Below are positions 9,591 through 18,721 of a stretch of DNA of 64,000 nucleotides, in pieces. Positions within the stretch are counted from its first letter, which is position 1. Every line of letters starts with the position of its first letter. The stretch is from an uncultured Candidatus Saccharibacteria bacterium (lineage in GTDB: Bacteria > Patescibacteriota > Minisyncoccia > Phycocordibacterales > UBA918): NCBI GenBank assembly GCA_964552045.1, contig CAZKFF010000005.1, forward strand, positions 34,302 to 98,301, read 5' to 3'. A model generated the notes under the pieces. The model saw only the letters and a program-made list of their open reading frames with translations, was not told where the DNA came from and made no database searches. Made by a program: the position numbers and the translations under genes.

Positions 9591-10880
9591 TCAGAGGTAC
9601 CCCCATGCGCGCAATTGTGCCTCGTCCCGTGCAATGAACCGGGCGCCGATATCGTTCCGGTACATCATTTTCGGCAGGTAGATATCGTTCAGGCGCGCAT
9701 ACGCTTGGCTTGTGGCCTGCTGCATGTTTGGTGCGCACGCCGTTACATATAGAATATACCCTCTGGTGTCGGAAATCGTATACTTCTTGTTAACAAGATC
9801 ATAGCGGACGTCTTCGAAATGAATGTGCTCATCGGGATCCGGTGCAGCGAAATAGATCTCCTGACCTGAAGGGTTGTATTCCTGCAGATGCTTCACGTAC
9901 GGGAACGGAGGCGTTGTCACAAAGACGACAATTCCTTTCCCATCCTTCCAGACGCTGGTGTGCGCAGTGCCGCGCGCGCATGCTGCGATGAGGCCGCCCC
10001 AGCCAGAAGTGAGCATTTCGCTCTGTAGATGGACGATCGGTGATCCGAAGCGGGCTGTTATCTCAAGCGGAAAGACACCTTCAGCATTGACGATGCAGTT
10101 CATATCGATCACCCCGCGATAGCCGATTTTCTGCAGATGCGGCTCGAGCTTCTTGAGCGTCTCGCAAAACAGCGGGTTCTCTTCATCATCAGTGCGCCAG
10201 GCTATGGTCCCCATCTCACTCGTAGAAAGGCCGATGTCCCCCGCCATGAGAGGATTATGTTCGATATTCAGTTCAATATTGCTCACCCATGAGGTTCCGT
10301 TGAAGAAGCGCGACACGGCTATCTCGATCCCTTCGATCTTTCGCTGGAGCGATATTTTTTTGGCATTGGCGCTGTTGAAATCCTTGTACGACCGAAGCAC
10401 GTCAATCGTATCTCTGCCGTCTTCGAGCATCCCCACATAGCTGATGCTGTTGGAGGCTATATCGTTCTTCTTGATGACCCATGCCGCAGGATTGTCTTCA
10501 ATATGCCGGATGGCGAGGTCGATATCCGTAAAATCGAAGATCGGTGAAATGTGCATGCCGTAATGCATAAAGATTCCCTGGGCATACGCGCGGTCGATCT
10601 CCAGAGCCTCGCCTGCGCTTCCGCCACCAAAAACCGCGTACCCCTGTGCGCGGAGGGAATCCTGCAGTTCCCCATCGCCGACATAGTCAAAAACGATAAC
10701 TCCGTCGTTGCCAACCCAGGGAAGTTCGGCCTGCCAGTTGTCTGTCTTTGCAACAAGCCCGCTGAGATTCTCTGAGCGCCCCTCTTCTAAGATGCCCAGC
10801 TTCACTTCATGGCCTTCCTGCTGCAGCAAACGGGCGACATCACCTGCGATCAGATCTTCTGAGACAAAGAGAAACTTCAT
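9591..10880 (-). CDS. PurD-like ATP-grasp protein (phosphoribosylamine-glycine ligase homolog, divergent)
   Basis: Collinear similarity to PurD: A-domain region VIKKND; C-domain GYILYVTACAPNMQQATSQAYARLNDI...RNDIG matches PurD GRVLCVTALG...AYALMTDI...RKDIG. The conserved EFNCRFGDPE motif is altered to EITARFGSPI. Start at MKFLFV; the ATG/TGA junction overlaps the pdaD stop. Confidence 0.55.
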   Translation of the reverse strand: MKFLFVSEDLIAGDVARLLQQEGHEVKLGILEEGRSENLSGLVAKTDNWQAELPWVGNDGVIVFDYVGDGELQDSLRAQGYAVFGGGSAGEALEIDRAYAQGIFMHYGMHISPIFDFTDIDLAIRHIEDNPAAWVIKKNDIASNSISYVGMLEDGRDTIDVLRSYKDFNSANAKKISLQRKIEGIEIAVSRFFNGTSWVSNIELNIEHNPLMAGDIGLSTSEMGTIAWRTDDEENPLFCETLKKLEPHLQKIGYRGVIDMNCIVNAEGVFPLEITARFGSPIVHLQSEMLTSGWGGLIAACARGTAHTSVWKDGKGIVVFVTTPPFPYVKHLQEYNPSGQEIYFAAPDPDEHIHFEDVRYDLVNKKYTISDTRGYILYVTACAPNMQQATSQAYARLNDIYLPKMMYRNDIGARFIARDEAQLRAWGYL

Positions 10881-10881
10881 G

Positions 10882-11364
10882 TTACTTCCATCGTTCACTC
10901 TGGTACACCGCTGCAACCAAAGCGCATACCGGTTCGTCTGTACATTTTATTGATACGATGTGGTGTTCGATATCGCTCCAGCTTTCCTCAGGACGATTCT
11001 CCACCATTTTGTGGAGTGAGTGTTCGATCTGACGACGCACTTCGTCCGGAGAATGTCCCTCATGTTCGACAAACAGTCCATGGGTTGGTTTTTTCTTTGA
11101 CAGTACCCATCCGATGCCGGCAGCGACTGTCTCGTCCCGTTTTGATGTGCGCATCTGCGCGCAGACCACATAGAGCTTGTGTCCGAACTTTCTCGGGTTG
11201 AGCGTAACTTGCTGTATCTTCGGTTTGAATCCGTACGGGATGATCGAAGAAAGATATAAAAGATTATAATTGGCGACTCCTGCCTTTATAAGCGCGTCGT
11301 CGAATGCTGCTAATTCTGTCGGTCCTTTGCCGATGCCTGATGTGATAGGTATGATCGTATCCAT
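10882..11364 (-). CDS. pdaD: Pyruvoyl-dependent arginine decarboxylase (archaeal-type PdaD)
   Basis: From MDTIIPITSGIGKGPTELAAFDDALIKAGVANYNLLYLSSIIP onward, the sequence has PdaD family (PF01862) architecture including the self-cleavage SS site. About 160 aa. Confidence 0.75.
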   Translation of the reverse strand: MDTIIPITSGIGKGPTELAAFDDALIKAGVANYNLLYLSSIIPYGFKPKIQQVTLNPRKFGHKLYVVCAQMRTSKRDETVAAGIGWVLSKKKPTHGLFVEHEGHSPDEVRRQIEHSLHKMVENRPEESWSDIEHHIVSIKCTDEPVCALVAAVYQSERWK

Positions 11365-11374
11365 AACTAGGTAA

Positions 11375-12286
11375 CTATAACAGGTATAGAAACAGTGTTC
11401 CAAGAGAAACTAACGTGATACCGGCCAGTTTCTGCAGCAGAACCGTACGTGACAGATCTTCAGAAAAAAGTTTTGGAGCTATACACGTAAGCGCGATGCC
11501 AAGAAAGAAGACGAAGATAGGCTGAAACGCTTCAGTGGTCTGGACCAATGCCAGTGGCGCAAGCAATATCGCATACGCAAACAGCACGTCTCCGGCAATC
11601 GTGAGCGTTTCGTTCACGGCGTTGACCCCAAGACCGATGCCGGCATTCTCCCGGATGAAAGTGAAGAATTGCCGCCGGTACGTGTGGTGTACCAGTACAA
11701 AAGCCATTCCCGAAATGACCGTTCCCAATGCCTGCCAGAAAATGCTCGTCCAAAAGGAAGCGTCAGAGGCGACAAACTTAAAGAGCGCATTCATACAGGC
11801 TATGCCGATCGACGCACCGCCGATCATCAAAAGCAGCTTTATCTTGAATTTGCCGGTGGACGCCTCGTATCCGAGCACGAATGAGCCGAAGATAATGATC
11901 GCTCCTGCGATGAGCTGATGCGCCGTCGGCAGTTCATTGAGGAGTAGAAAACCGACGATAAGCGCCGCCACCGGTGTAAGTTGGAAGATGGGCATGACCG
12001 TACTGACGTCATCGTCTTCCAGGGCAAGCAGATAGAGCGTAACCCAGAGCGTGGTCAGTGCTCCTGAGCAAAGCAGAATGAGCGAATGCGAAAGCGGCAG
12101 GTAGAGCATTCCTTTGCTTAAGAACCACGCGATCGGCAGGAGCGTTGCCGGGAACAACGATGAAAGAAGAATGAGCGCGCCGATTCCCGATTCCCTGCTG
12201 AACCGGTCAATAAGATACTTGTCTACCAGATTGACCATAGAGAACAGAAACGCTGCGCACATTCCTAAAAGCAATCCAAGAGTCAT
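11375..12286 (-). CDS. EamA-like DMT-superfamily transporter
   Basis: 303 aa with 10 predicted TM helices and duplicated EamA-like halves. Its 3' end overlaps the pdaD start. Confidence 0.55.
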   Translation of the reverse strand: MTLGLLLGMCAAFLFSMVNLVDKYLIDRFSRESGIGALILLSSLFPATLLPIAWFLSKGMLYLPLSHSLILLCSGALTTLWVTLYLLALEDDDVSTVMPIFQLTPVAALIVGFLLLNELPTAHQLIAGAIIIFGSFVLGYEASTGKFKIKLLLMIGGASIGIACMNALFKFVASDASFWTSIFWQALGTVISGMAFVLVHHTYRRQFFTFIRENAGIGLGVNAVNETLTIAGDVLFAYAILLAPLALVQTTEAFQPIFVFFLGIALTCIAPKLFSEDLSRTVLLQKLAGITLVSLGTLFLYLL

Positions 12287-12287
12287 A

Positions 12288-12803
12288 TCAGGTCAGGAAA
12301 AGAATAATGATCGGAGCGATAAGCCAGTAGAAGAACGAACCTTCTGAACCAAAGAGGAATTGTATTGGGGATCCGGGCGTGATAATGTCCGTTACCGGCA
12401 GCGCATGGTAGCTGAATGCCATAACGAGCATCGTCGCTCCAGCAGCCAGGAGTATTTTTCTCCAGAAACCTTCGAATTTCTTCTCGCTGTACTCCCGGGG
12501 CATTAGTCGCGCAAAGAGGATGGTTCCGCCGAGTGTGAATAGTCCGAAAACGATGAGCATGAGAATGGACTCGGTTTTCTCATTACTCGTGGCGCCCAAA
12601 ATGACCTCATAGTACGGAAACTCAATGGAGATGAGGAGTGCAAAATAGAGGCCGAGAATGATGTTCGTGATTGACTGCCTTCCTGCAGAGACTGCATACG
12701 CCAAAAAGCAGACAAACACGAGTATGAGGAAGAGATATTCCTGAACAGCGGTTGCTAAAGCAGCAGTGTCCATAGTCCTATTATAGTCAGTCCGGACGGA
12801 CAC
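12288..12803 (-). CDS. Hypothetical integral membrane protein
   Basis: 171 aa with 4-5 hydrophobic helices. Tightly packed against the eamA-like gene. Confidence 0.4.
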   Translation of the reverse strand: MSVRTDYNRTMDTAALATAVQEYLFLILVFVCFLAYAVSAGRQSITNIILGLYFALLISIEFPYYEVILGATSNEKTESILMLIVFGLFTLGGTILFARLMPREYSEKKFEGFWRKILLAAGATMLVMAFSYHALPVTDIITPGSPIQFLFGSEGSFFYWLIAPIIILFLT

Positions 12804-12826
12804 ACAGCAGCAGCGGTGGGATAACT

Positions 12827-13228
12827 CTACATCCTGTCAATGGCGTATTTTGCGGCATCCTGCACATGCTTGAACCGGTCACCCATCAATTTCACTCCAC
12901 CGAACCAGCGGGTAACGCAGATGATGCAATTAACCACGTCTTCCTTCTCCATGATACGCAGGATGACCATGCCGGCTCCTGTTTCCTTGTCGTCATGTTT
13001 GGATTCGAAAATAGCCTCATGATACGCTACCCGGAGCGCATAGCTATTGTGCGTTGCGCGCGCATATCGTTTGTTCTTCTTAAGCGTTTTCAGGAATGCT
13101 TTTGCCTCCTCGCGGTTCTCTACCCTGCCGATGGACACAGAGTAGCGACTTCCGCGGTCGGCGATGATGTGTTCATAAAGTGTGAAAGAATCTTTGGGTT
13201 CCTTGGTGTTATTGAAATGTATTCGCAT
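12827..13228 (-). CDS. IMPACT/YigZ (UPF0029) family protein
   Basis: Contains RYARATHNSYALRV and DDKETGAGMVIL, which match the YigZ N-domain motifs ATHNCYAYR and DDGEPSGTAG. Confidence 0.7.
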   Translation of the reverse strand: MRIHFNNTKEPKDSFTLYEHIIADRGSRYSVSIGRVENREEAKAFLKTLKKNKRYARATHNSYALRVAYHEAIFESKHDDKETGAGMVILRIMEKEDVVNCIICVTRWFGGVKLMGDRFKHVQDAAKYAIDRM

Positions 13229-13259
13229 AAATAAAGACAGGCTCTTTCGAGCCGTCTTG

Positions 13260-14330
13260 TTAGATCCCCTCGTTTCTGAGCTCTTCGATCAGCTTCTTTG
13301 CTTTGCGGGACAGCTTCTGGGGGATATCAATGTAGATCTTCACCATGAAATCTCCTCGGGCATTACCGCCCTGCGGCACGCCTTTGCCTTTGATACGCAA
13401 GAGCTCACCATGCTTCACTCCTTCAGGCACTTTGATCTCGATATTTCCGTCAAGGGTTGCAACTGAATAGGTATTTCCCAACAGCGCATCAGAGAGCTTG
13501 ATATGGAGGGCTGTGGTGAGCGTCGTGCCGTCGCGGGTGATCGTCTGGTGCGGTTTGACGTGGATCTTCACATAGAGATCGCCCGGTATGCCGCCCTGAA
13601 TAGCCTCCCCGCGGCCCGTCATACGGATCATTTCACCGTTCTGGATCCCGGCAGGGATCGCAATACTGATCTCATCTTCGCTGCGGACAACACCCGCCCC
13701 ACGGCAGAATTCGCAGTGCTCTTTCGGAACCTTGCCGGTACCGTTGCAGACGTTGCATTCGCGGACGGTCTGGAAGGTACCCATGATGCTTCTGCGCGTC
13801 TCGCGTACGCGGCCGTTGCCGTTGCAGGTGGTGCAGGTAATGTATTCAGTACCTTTCTTTGCGCCGGTTCCGTCGCAGTGCGTGCAGGTGTTGTTCTTTG
13901 TCACCAAGACCTTGCGTGAGGTGCCGAATACGGCATCAGCAAAAGAAAGCTCAATGTCGATTGAAATGTCACGTCCGCGACTTTGTCGTGAAGAGCCGCC
14001 GCCGAATACATCGCCGAAGATATCATTGATATTGAACTCGAAGGAGCCGTCGCCTGCGGCGTTCTGGAAATCTGCCCAGTTGAATCCTCCGAAGCCCGCA
14101 GCTCCGCCGCCCGCTCCCTGAAAGGCGTGGCCGTATGCGTCGTACTCTGCACGCTTCTTATCGTCGCCGAGGACCGCGTATGCTTCGCTTATTTCTTTGA
14201 ACTTCGCTTCGTCGCCTGTTTGTTTGTCGGGATGATATTTGGCAGCAAGCTTCCGGAAAGCCTTTTTGATATCGTCTTTGGTCGCTGTCTTTTCGACGCC
14301 GAGTATTGCGTAGTAGTCTTGTTTTGCCAT
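13260..14330 (-). CDS. dnaJ: Chaperone DnaJ
   Basis: J-domain (YHPDK), Gly/Phe-rich region and four CxxCxGxG zinc-finger repeats. Confidence 0.92.
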   Translation of the reverse strand: MAKQDYYAILGVEKTATKDDIKKAFRKLAAKYHPDKQTGDEAKFKEISEAYAVLGDDKKRAEYDAYGHAFQGAGGGAAGFGGFNWADFQNAAGDGSFEFNINDIFGDVFGGGSSRQSRGRDISIDIELSFADAVFGTSRKVLVTKNNTCTHCDGTGAKKGTEYITCTTCNGNGRVRETRRSIMGTFQTVRECNVCNGTGKVPKEHCEFCRGAGVVRSEDEISIAIPAGIQNGEMIRMTGRGEAIQGGIPGDLYVKIHVKPHQTITRDGTTLTTALHIKLSDALLGNTYSVATLDGNIEIKVPEGVKHGELLRIKGKGVPQGGNARGDFMVKIYIDIPQKLSRKAKKLIEELRNEGI

Positions 14331-14410
14331 GGTAATTCTGTTAGTTGATGAAGGCTAGCCGCCTCTATGATGGATACAACCCCCTGTTGTATCCATGAAG
14401 AGTCAGCTAT

Positions 14411-16282
14411 TTATTGCCCTTCCTCCTTCTTGGGTTCTTCATTGGTCACCTCAGCATCGCGGACAGGGTCTTCGCCCTGCGCCGCCTGTTGCATGATCTC
14501 GCCGATCTTCTGCATTTCAGCAGAAAGCTCCTGTGTGGCCGCCTCTATGGCCGCTTTGTCGTCTGTTCCCTTCACCTCATTCACTTTCGCTATTTTCTCG
14601 TTGATGCTTGTTTTTGTCGCGTCATCGACCTTATCGTTGTGGTCGCGCAGCGCTTTTTCAGCGGTGTATACCATCTGGTCAGCGAGATTGCGCGTTTCGA
14701 TGAGCTCTTTCTTCTTCGCGTCCTCGTCCGCATGCTCTTCTGCTTCTTTCTTCATGCGTTCGATGTCGTCTGAAGAGAGTCCGGAACTCGCTTCAATGCG
14801 GATCGACTGCTCTTTGCCGGTTGATTTGTCAACAGCTTTCACGTTGAGCACACCATTGCTGTCCACGTCGAAGATGACCTCTATCTGCGGCACTCCCCGC
14901 GGAGCCGGCGGAATGCCGTCGAGGACAAAGCGTCCGAGTGATTTGTTTTCGGAAGCCAGTGCGCGTTCTCCCTGGACGATGTGTATTTCGGTCGATGTTT
15001 GATTATCTGATGCGGTTGAGAACACCTGTTCTTTCTTGGTCGGGATGTGCGTGTTCTTCTCGATGAGCTTTGTTGCGACGCCTCCCATGGTCTCGATGCC
15101 GAGCGACAGCGGAATGACGTCAACGAGCGTAATGTCCTGCACGTCTCCCTGGAAGATACCGGCCTGGATCGCTGCACCGATCGCAACAACCTCGTCAGGA
15201 TTTACTGTCTTGTTTGGCTCCTTGCCGAAGAGCTTTTTCACCGCCTCAACAATTGCCGGCATACGTGTCTGGCCGCCGACAAGGATGATTTCATCGATCT
15301 CCTCTTTCTTGAATGGTGATGCCTCGAGTGCACGCTTGGTGATCTCGATAGAACGGTCGATGAACGATGCTGCGATCTCCTCAAGCTTTGAGCGGGTGAG
15401 TGTGATAAGCAGATGCTTCGGCCCATCCGCACCTGAAGTGATGAACGGAATGTTGATCTCCGTTTCGCCTGAAGATGAGAGCTCGTGCTTGGCTTTTTCA
15501 GATGCTTCATCAAGACGCTGCAAGGCGAGCGGGTCTTTGCCGAGATCTATACCTTCGCATTTCTTGAACTCCGCGATGAGGTGGCGAACGATCTCCTGGT
15601 CGATATCACGGCCTCCCATGTGAGCGTCACCGTCAGTTGACTGTACTTCAACGACCTCATCGCCCACTTCGAGCACCGTCACATCGAATGTACCTCCGCC
15701 GAAGTCATACACGACGATCTTCTCGTCTTTTTTCTTGTTGAAACCATATGCAAGCGCAGCCGCTGTCGGTTCATTGATGATACGCTTCACATCCAATCCT
15801 GCGATCTTTCCCGCGTCCTGTGTCGCTTTGCGTTGCGCGTCATTGAAGTATGCCGGCACAGTGATGACCGCTTCGGTGATCTTCTCTCCGAGTTTCGCTT
15901 CGGCATCCGCCTTGAGCTTTGCAAGTATCATTGCTGACACTTCCTCGGGGCGGTAATCCTTTTCACCCATATGCACTACAACACCGCCGTCATGTCCTTC
16001 TTTCACCGCATACGGGACGATCGTCTTATCCTTCTGCACGGCCTCCTCGTTAAAGTTATGTCCCATGAACCGCTTGATACCGTATATAGTGTTCTGTGGG
16101 TTCGTTACGGCCTGTCGCTTGGCGATCTGGCCCACGAGACGTTCCTTTGTCTTCGAGATGGCGACGATTGAAGGTGTTGTTCTGTTCCCTTCCGCGTTCT
16201 CAATGATCACCGGCTCCCCGGCCTCGATAATCGCCATCGCCGAGTTAGTTGTTCCAAGGTCAATACCTAAAATTTTTGCCAT
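14411..16282 (-). CDS. dnaK: Chaperone DnaK (Hsp70)
   Basis: Begins [14 protein letters not shown] and includes DLGGGTFD. 623 aa. Confidence 0.96.
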   Translation of the reverse strand: MAKILGIDLGTTNSAMAIIEAGEPVIIENAEGNRTTPSIVAISKTKERLVGQIAKRQAVTNPQNTIYGIKRFMGHNFNEEAVQKDKTIVPYAVKEGHDGGVVVHMGEKDYRPEEVSAMILAKLKADAEAKLGEKITEAVITVPAYFNDAQRKATQDAGKIAGLDVKRIINEPTAAALAYGFNKKKDEKIVVYDFGGGTFDVTVLEVGDEVVEVQSTDGDAHMGGRDIDQEIVRHLIAEFKKCEGIDLGKDPLALQRLDEASEKAKHELSSSGETEINIPFITSGADGPKHLLITLTRSKLEEIAASFIDRSIEITKRALEASPFKKEEIDEIILVGGQTRMPAIVEAVKKLFGKEPNKTVNPDEVVAIGAAIQAGIFQGDVQDITLVDVIPLSLGIETMGGVATKLIEKNTHIPTKKEQVFSTASDNQTSTEIHIVQGERALASENKSLGRFVLDGIPPAPRGVPQIEVIFDVDSNGVLNVKAVDKSTGKEQSIRIEASSGLSSDDIERMKKEAEEHADEDAKKKELIETRNLADQMVYTAEKALRDHNDKVDDATKTSINEKIAKVNEVKGTDDKAAIEAATQELSAEMQKIGEIMQQAAQGEDPVRDAEVTNEEPKKEEGQ

Positions 16283-16304
16283 AATTGTTGTATCAGATTA
16301 TGTA

Positions 16305-16907
16305 TTAATCACCGCTATATTCTCCAACAGTTACCCGTGCAGGCCGGATGAGTTCCACTTTGTCACCGATCTTCCGTATAAATCCATTCTGAATGACCTG
16401 CATGATCTTGTGATGATCATCCTTCGTGTCCACGCTTACATTCGTCATCGCTTCGTGGACAGTGGGATCGAACATCTCGCCCTGTGGATGCACTTCCTCC
16501 ACCCCGTACGAGGCGAGGATCGCATACAGCTGGTTATGGATGTTCTCTATGCCCTTTCTCCAGGTTGCATCAATAGCTTCCCATGCCTGCTTGTCGCTCA
16601 TCGCCATATGGAAGCTATCGCACAATGGGAGGAGCTTCTCTATCTGGGCAGATACCGCCCGCTCCTTATCCCGCTGGCGCTCCTCCTCAAGCCTGCGTTT
16701 GCCGTTGAGGAATTCCGCTTTCGCACGCTGGAGATTTTCCAGGTGATCCATCTTCTCCTGCTCACAATCCTTCAATTGCTGCTTCAGTTTTTTGATCGTT
16801 CCGGCGCTATTTTCCTCGATGTCCACAAGCTCATCCTCACGCGCGACATCGTCTCCTGTTGGCTCGAAGTCATCCTGCATTTCGTCTTCGTTGTTCATAT
16901 CTTTCAT
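16305..16907 (-). CDS. grpE: Nucleotide exchange factor GrpE
   Basis: Coiled-coil followed by a GrpE C-domain. Start taken at MKDMNNED; the track ORF carries a 40-codon N-terminal extension that looks noncoding. Confidence 0.82.
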   Translation of the reverse strand: MKDMNNEDEMQDDFEPTGDDVAREDELVDIEENSAGTIKKLKQQLKDCEQEKMDHLENLQRAKAEFLNGKRRLEEERQRDKERAVSAQIEKLLPLCDSFHMAMSDKQAWEAIDATWRKGIENIHNQLYAILASYGVEEVHPQGEMFDPTVHEAMTNVSVDTKDDHHKIMQVIQNGFIRKIGDKVELIRPARVTVGEYSGD

Positions 16908-17311
16908 AGCGAATCGCATTATAACGATGATTTCCACACATGTAAAGACTTTGAAGATCGTCCGTGCAGCTGACCGTATATACAGACTGGATACGACATT
17001 GCCCACACAAGGAGGCACAGGAGCCATAGTATTTGCTGTTTTTTACAGAATGCATTTTTTGTGTCGCAACTCTCATTCGCCGTGCAGACTTGATACAATA
17101 GAGGCACCACCGCGAGGTGGGATGTTGTGAACACCACAGTTCATTGATCTGTGACTCACACTGCCTGAACTGCTAGAGGCTCGATCGCAAGAGGAAGCAT
17201 CTAGACCATGGGCACGCAGCGCATCGCAGAAGGAGAAGGCAGAGAGGTTTCTGAAATCTCTAACTCTTGGAGGTAAACACAGAGTGAACTGCCGAAATAG
17301 TTCGCAGGCGC

Positions 17312-17349
17312 AGCAGCAAAAAACCGGACTTTGTCCGGTTTTTTGCTGC
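17312..17349. terminator. Bidirectional intrinsic terminator (perfect palindrome)
   Basis: Sequence GCAGCAAAAAACCGGAC-TTT-GTCCGGTTTTTTGCTGC, with an A-tract and T-tract flanking a GC stem. Terminates the rpsI-side transcript before the grpE promoter region. Confidence 0.6.
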
Positions 17350-17579
17350 GTAACGTTTCGGGACTGGAGTAAATAATAAACCTTTAGCGTTTTGGTCACG
17401 GTTACAAAAAGATACCTATCGTTTCCTCACGAGTTACTAACTATAGAAGCTCCTCACAAAATAAGTAAAGCACGTAACTCCGTTGAAAATTACGTGCTTT
17501 ACTAATCTGTTTCCACCTACACCCGCGTAAACATCGGGTGTTCCAGCCTGAAGGCTGGACCGGAGTAAAAGATAAGAAG

Positions 17580-17981
17580 TTATCTTTTACTCCACTGTGG
17601 TCGTCGTCGTGCTTTGAGGAGTCCAAACTTCTTTCGTTCAACTGAACGGGCGTCACGCTTGAGGAACCCGAGCGGCTTCAGTACTGATCGGCGTGCAGCC
17701 TTCTCAGCTACAAGCGCACGTGCAATGCCGAGACGTATTGCTTCAGCCTGTGCGGAGAGTCCGCCTCCCTGGACCTTTGCCGTGATAGCGTAGTCTTCGA
17801 TACCGGCATCTTTCGCGCCAAGTACCGACATGACGTCCTTTTGATGCGCAGCACTCTTAAAGTACTCTGCAAGCGGAGCCTCGTTCACAAGGACCGACGT
17901 AGCTTTAGCAGGGGTAAGACGAACACGCGCAGTTGAAGTCTTACGTCGTCCGATACCTTCTGTATATTTTTCCGTTGCCAT
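17580..17981 (-). CDS. rpsI: 30S ribosomal protein S9
   Basis: 133 aa ending in the typical S9 tail ...RRRPQWSKR. Confidence 0.92.
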   Translation of the reverse strand: MATEKYTEGIGRRKTSTARVRLTPAKATSVLVNEAPLAEYFKSAAHQKDVMSVLGAKDAGIEDYAITAKVQGGGLSAQAEAIRLGIARALVAEKAARRSVLKPLGFLKRDARSVERKKFGLLKARRRPQWSKR

Positions 17982-17987
17982 AATAAT

Positions 17988-18350
17988 TTATTCAGTTACC
18001 GTTAGATTCTTCATCATAACGCTCTGGAGCTTGTTCTTCGGGAGCATACCTTTAACCGTTCGCCGTACCGCCTCTTTGTAACCAAGTCGGTTGCCAAGGT
18101 GTTCCAACGTTTCCGTTCTGCGTCCTCCTGGATATCCGGAATATGATTGATACACCTCTTTGCTCTTTTTCTCAGAAACGTCCATTTTGCTCGCGTTGGT
18201 GACCGTTACCGAAACAGCTGGCGCAATATTGCGGGCGAATGCTGCAGAGTTTTTGCCGATGAGATATGAGGCTGCTTCAGTTGCGACCTTTCCCAGACGC
18301 TTGCCCTTTGCATCGATCGTGTATTCTTTTTTTACAATATTATTTTCCAT
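17988..18350 (-). CDS. rplM: 50S ribosomal protein L13
   Basis: 120 aa. Recognised as L13 from family-level sequence features and the conserved rplM-rpsI gene pair. Confidence 0.88.
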   Translation of the reverse strand: MENNIVKKEYTIDAKGKRLGKVATEAASYLIGKNSAAFARNIAPAVSVTVTNASKMDVSEKKSKEVYQSYSGYPGGRRTETLEHLGNRLGYKEAVRRTVKGMLPKNKLQSVMMKNLTVTE

Positions 18351-18359
18351 AGCTCACTA

Positions 18360-18713
18360 TTACACGTACTCAATTACCGCTTCACTGCGTCCTGCAAGGG
18401 TGCGTCCCATTTTAATAATGCGTGTATAACCGCCATTCCGCTCTTTGTATCCTGGAGCGATCTCGTCAAAAAGCTTCTTGATGATCATCTCGTTCGGCTC
18501 TCCAAGCACCGATGCTGCGCGTCGGCGTGAAGCAACAGTATTCTCCTTCCCGTAGGTCACGAGACGGTCAGCAAATGAAGCAAGCTCCTTCGCTTTCGCT
18601 TCAGTTGTTTTGATCTTGCCCTCAGTGATGAGTGAAATAGCGAGCCCACGCATTAGAGCTGTCCGCTGATCGCGGGAACGTCCGAATTTTCTGTTTTGAT
18701 TTCCGTGTCGCAT
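18360..18713 (-). CDS. rplQ: 50S ribosomal protein L17
   Basis: 117 aa L17 fold signature, placed downstream of rpoA as in the conserved alpha operon. Confidence 0.9.
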   Translation of the reverse strand: MRHGNQNRKFGRSRDQRTALMRGLAISLITEGKIKTTEAKAKELASFADRLVTYGKENTVASRRRAASVLGEPNEMIIKKLFDEIAPGYKERNGGYTRIIKMGRTLAGRSEAVIEYV

Positions 18714-18721
18714 AGTTCTGT

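Noticed and set aside
16065-16973. 302-aa plus-strand ORF spanning dnaK/grpE, plus other long antisense ORFs (14367-15002, 15036-15623 and 30470-31156 on plus, 52605-53099 on minus).
   Set aside because: They lie antisense to strongly conserved genes (dnaK, grpE, M16 peptidase, RND pump). Their translations are low-complexity and Ser/Arg/Cys-rich with no domain signal. They are shadow ORFs.
17255-17290. CIRCE-like element (TCTAACTCTT-N12-AGAGTGAACTG) upstream of grpE.
   Set aside because: The halves are not a good inverted repeat and match the TTAGCACTC-N9-GAGTGCTAA consensus poorly. No hrcA gene is present.
17073-17399. 108-aa minus-strand ORF inside the rpsI-grpE spacer.
   Set aside because: It spans the bidirectional terminator palindrome and has a Cys/Ser/Arg-rich, non-protein-like translation.
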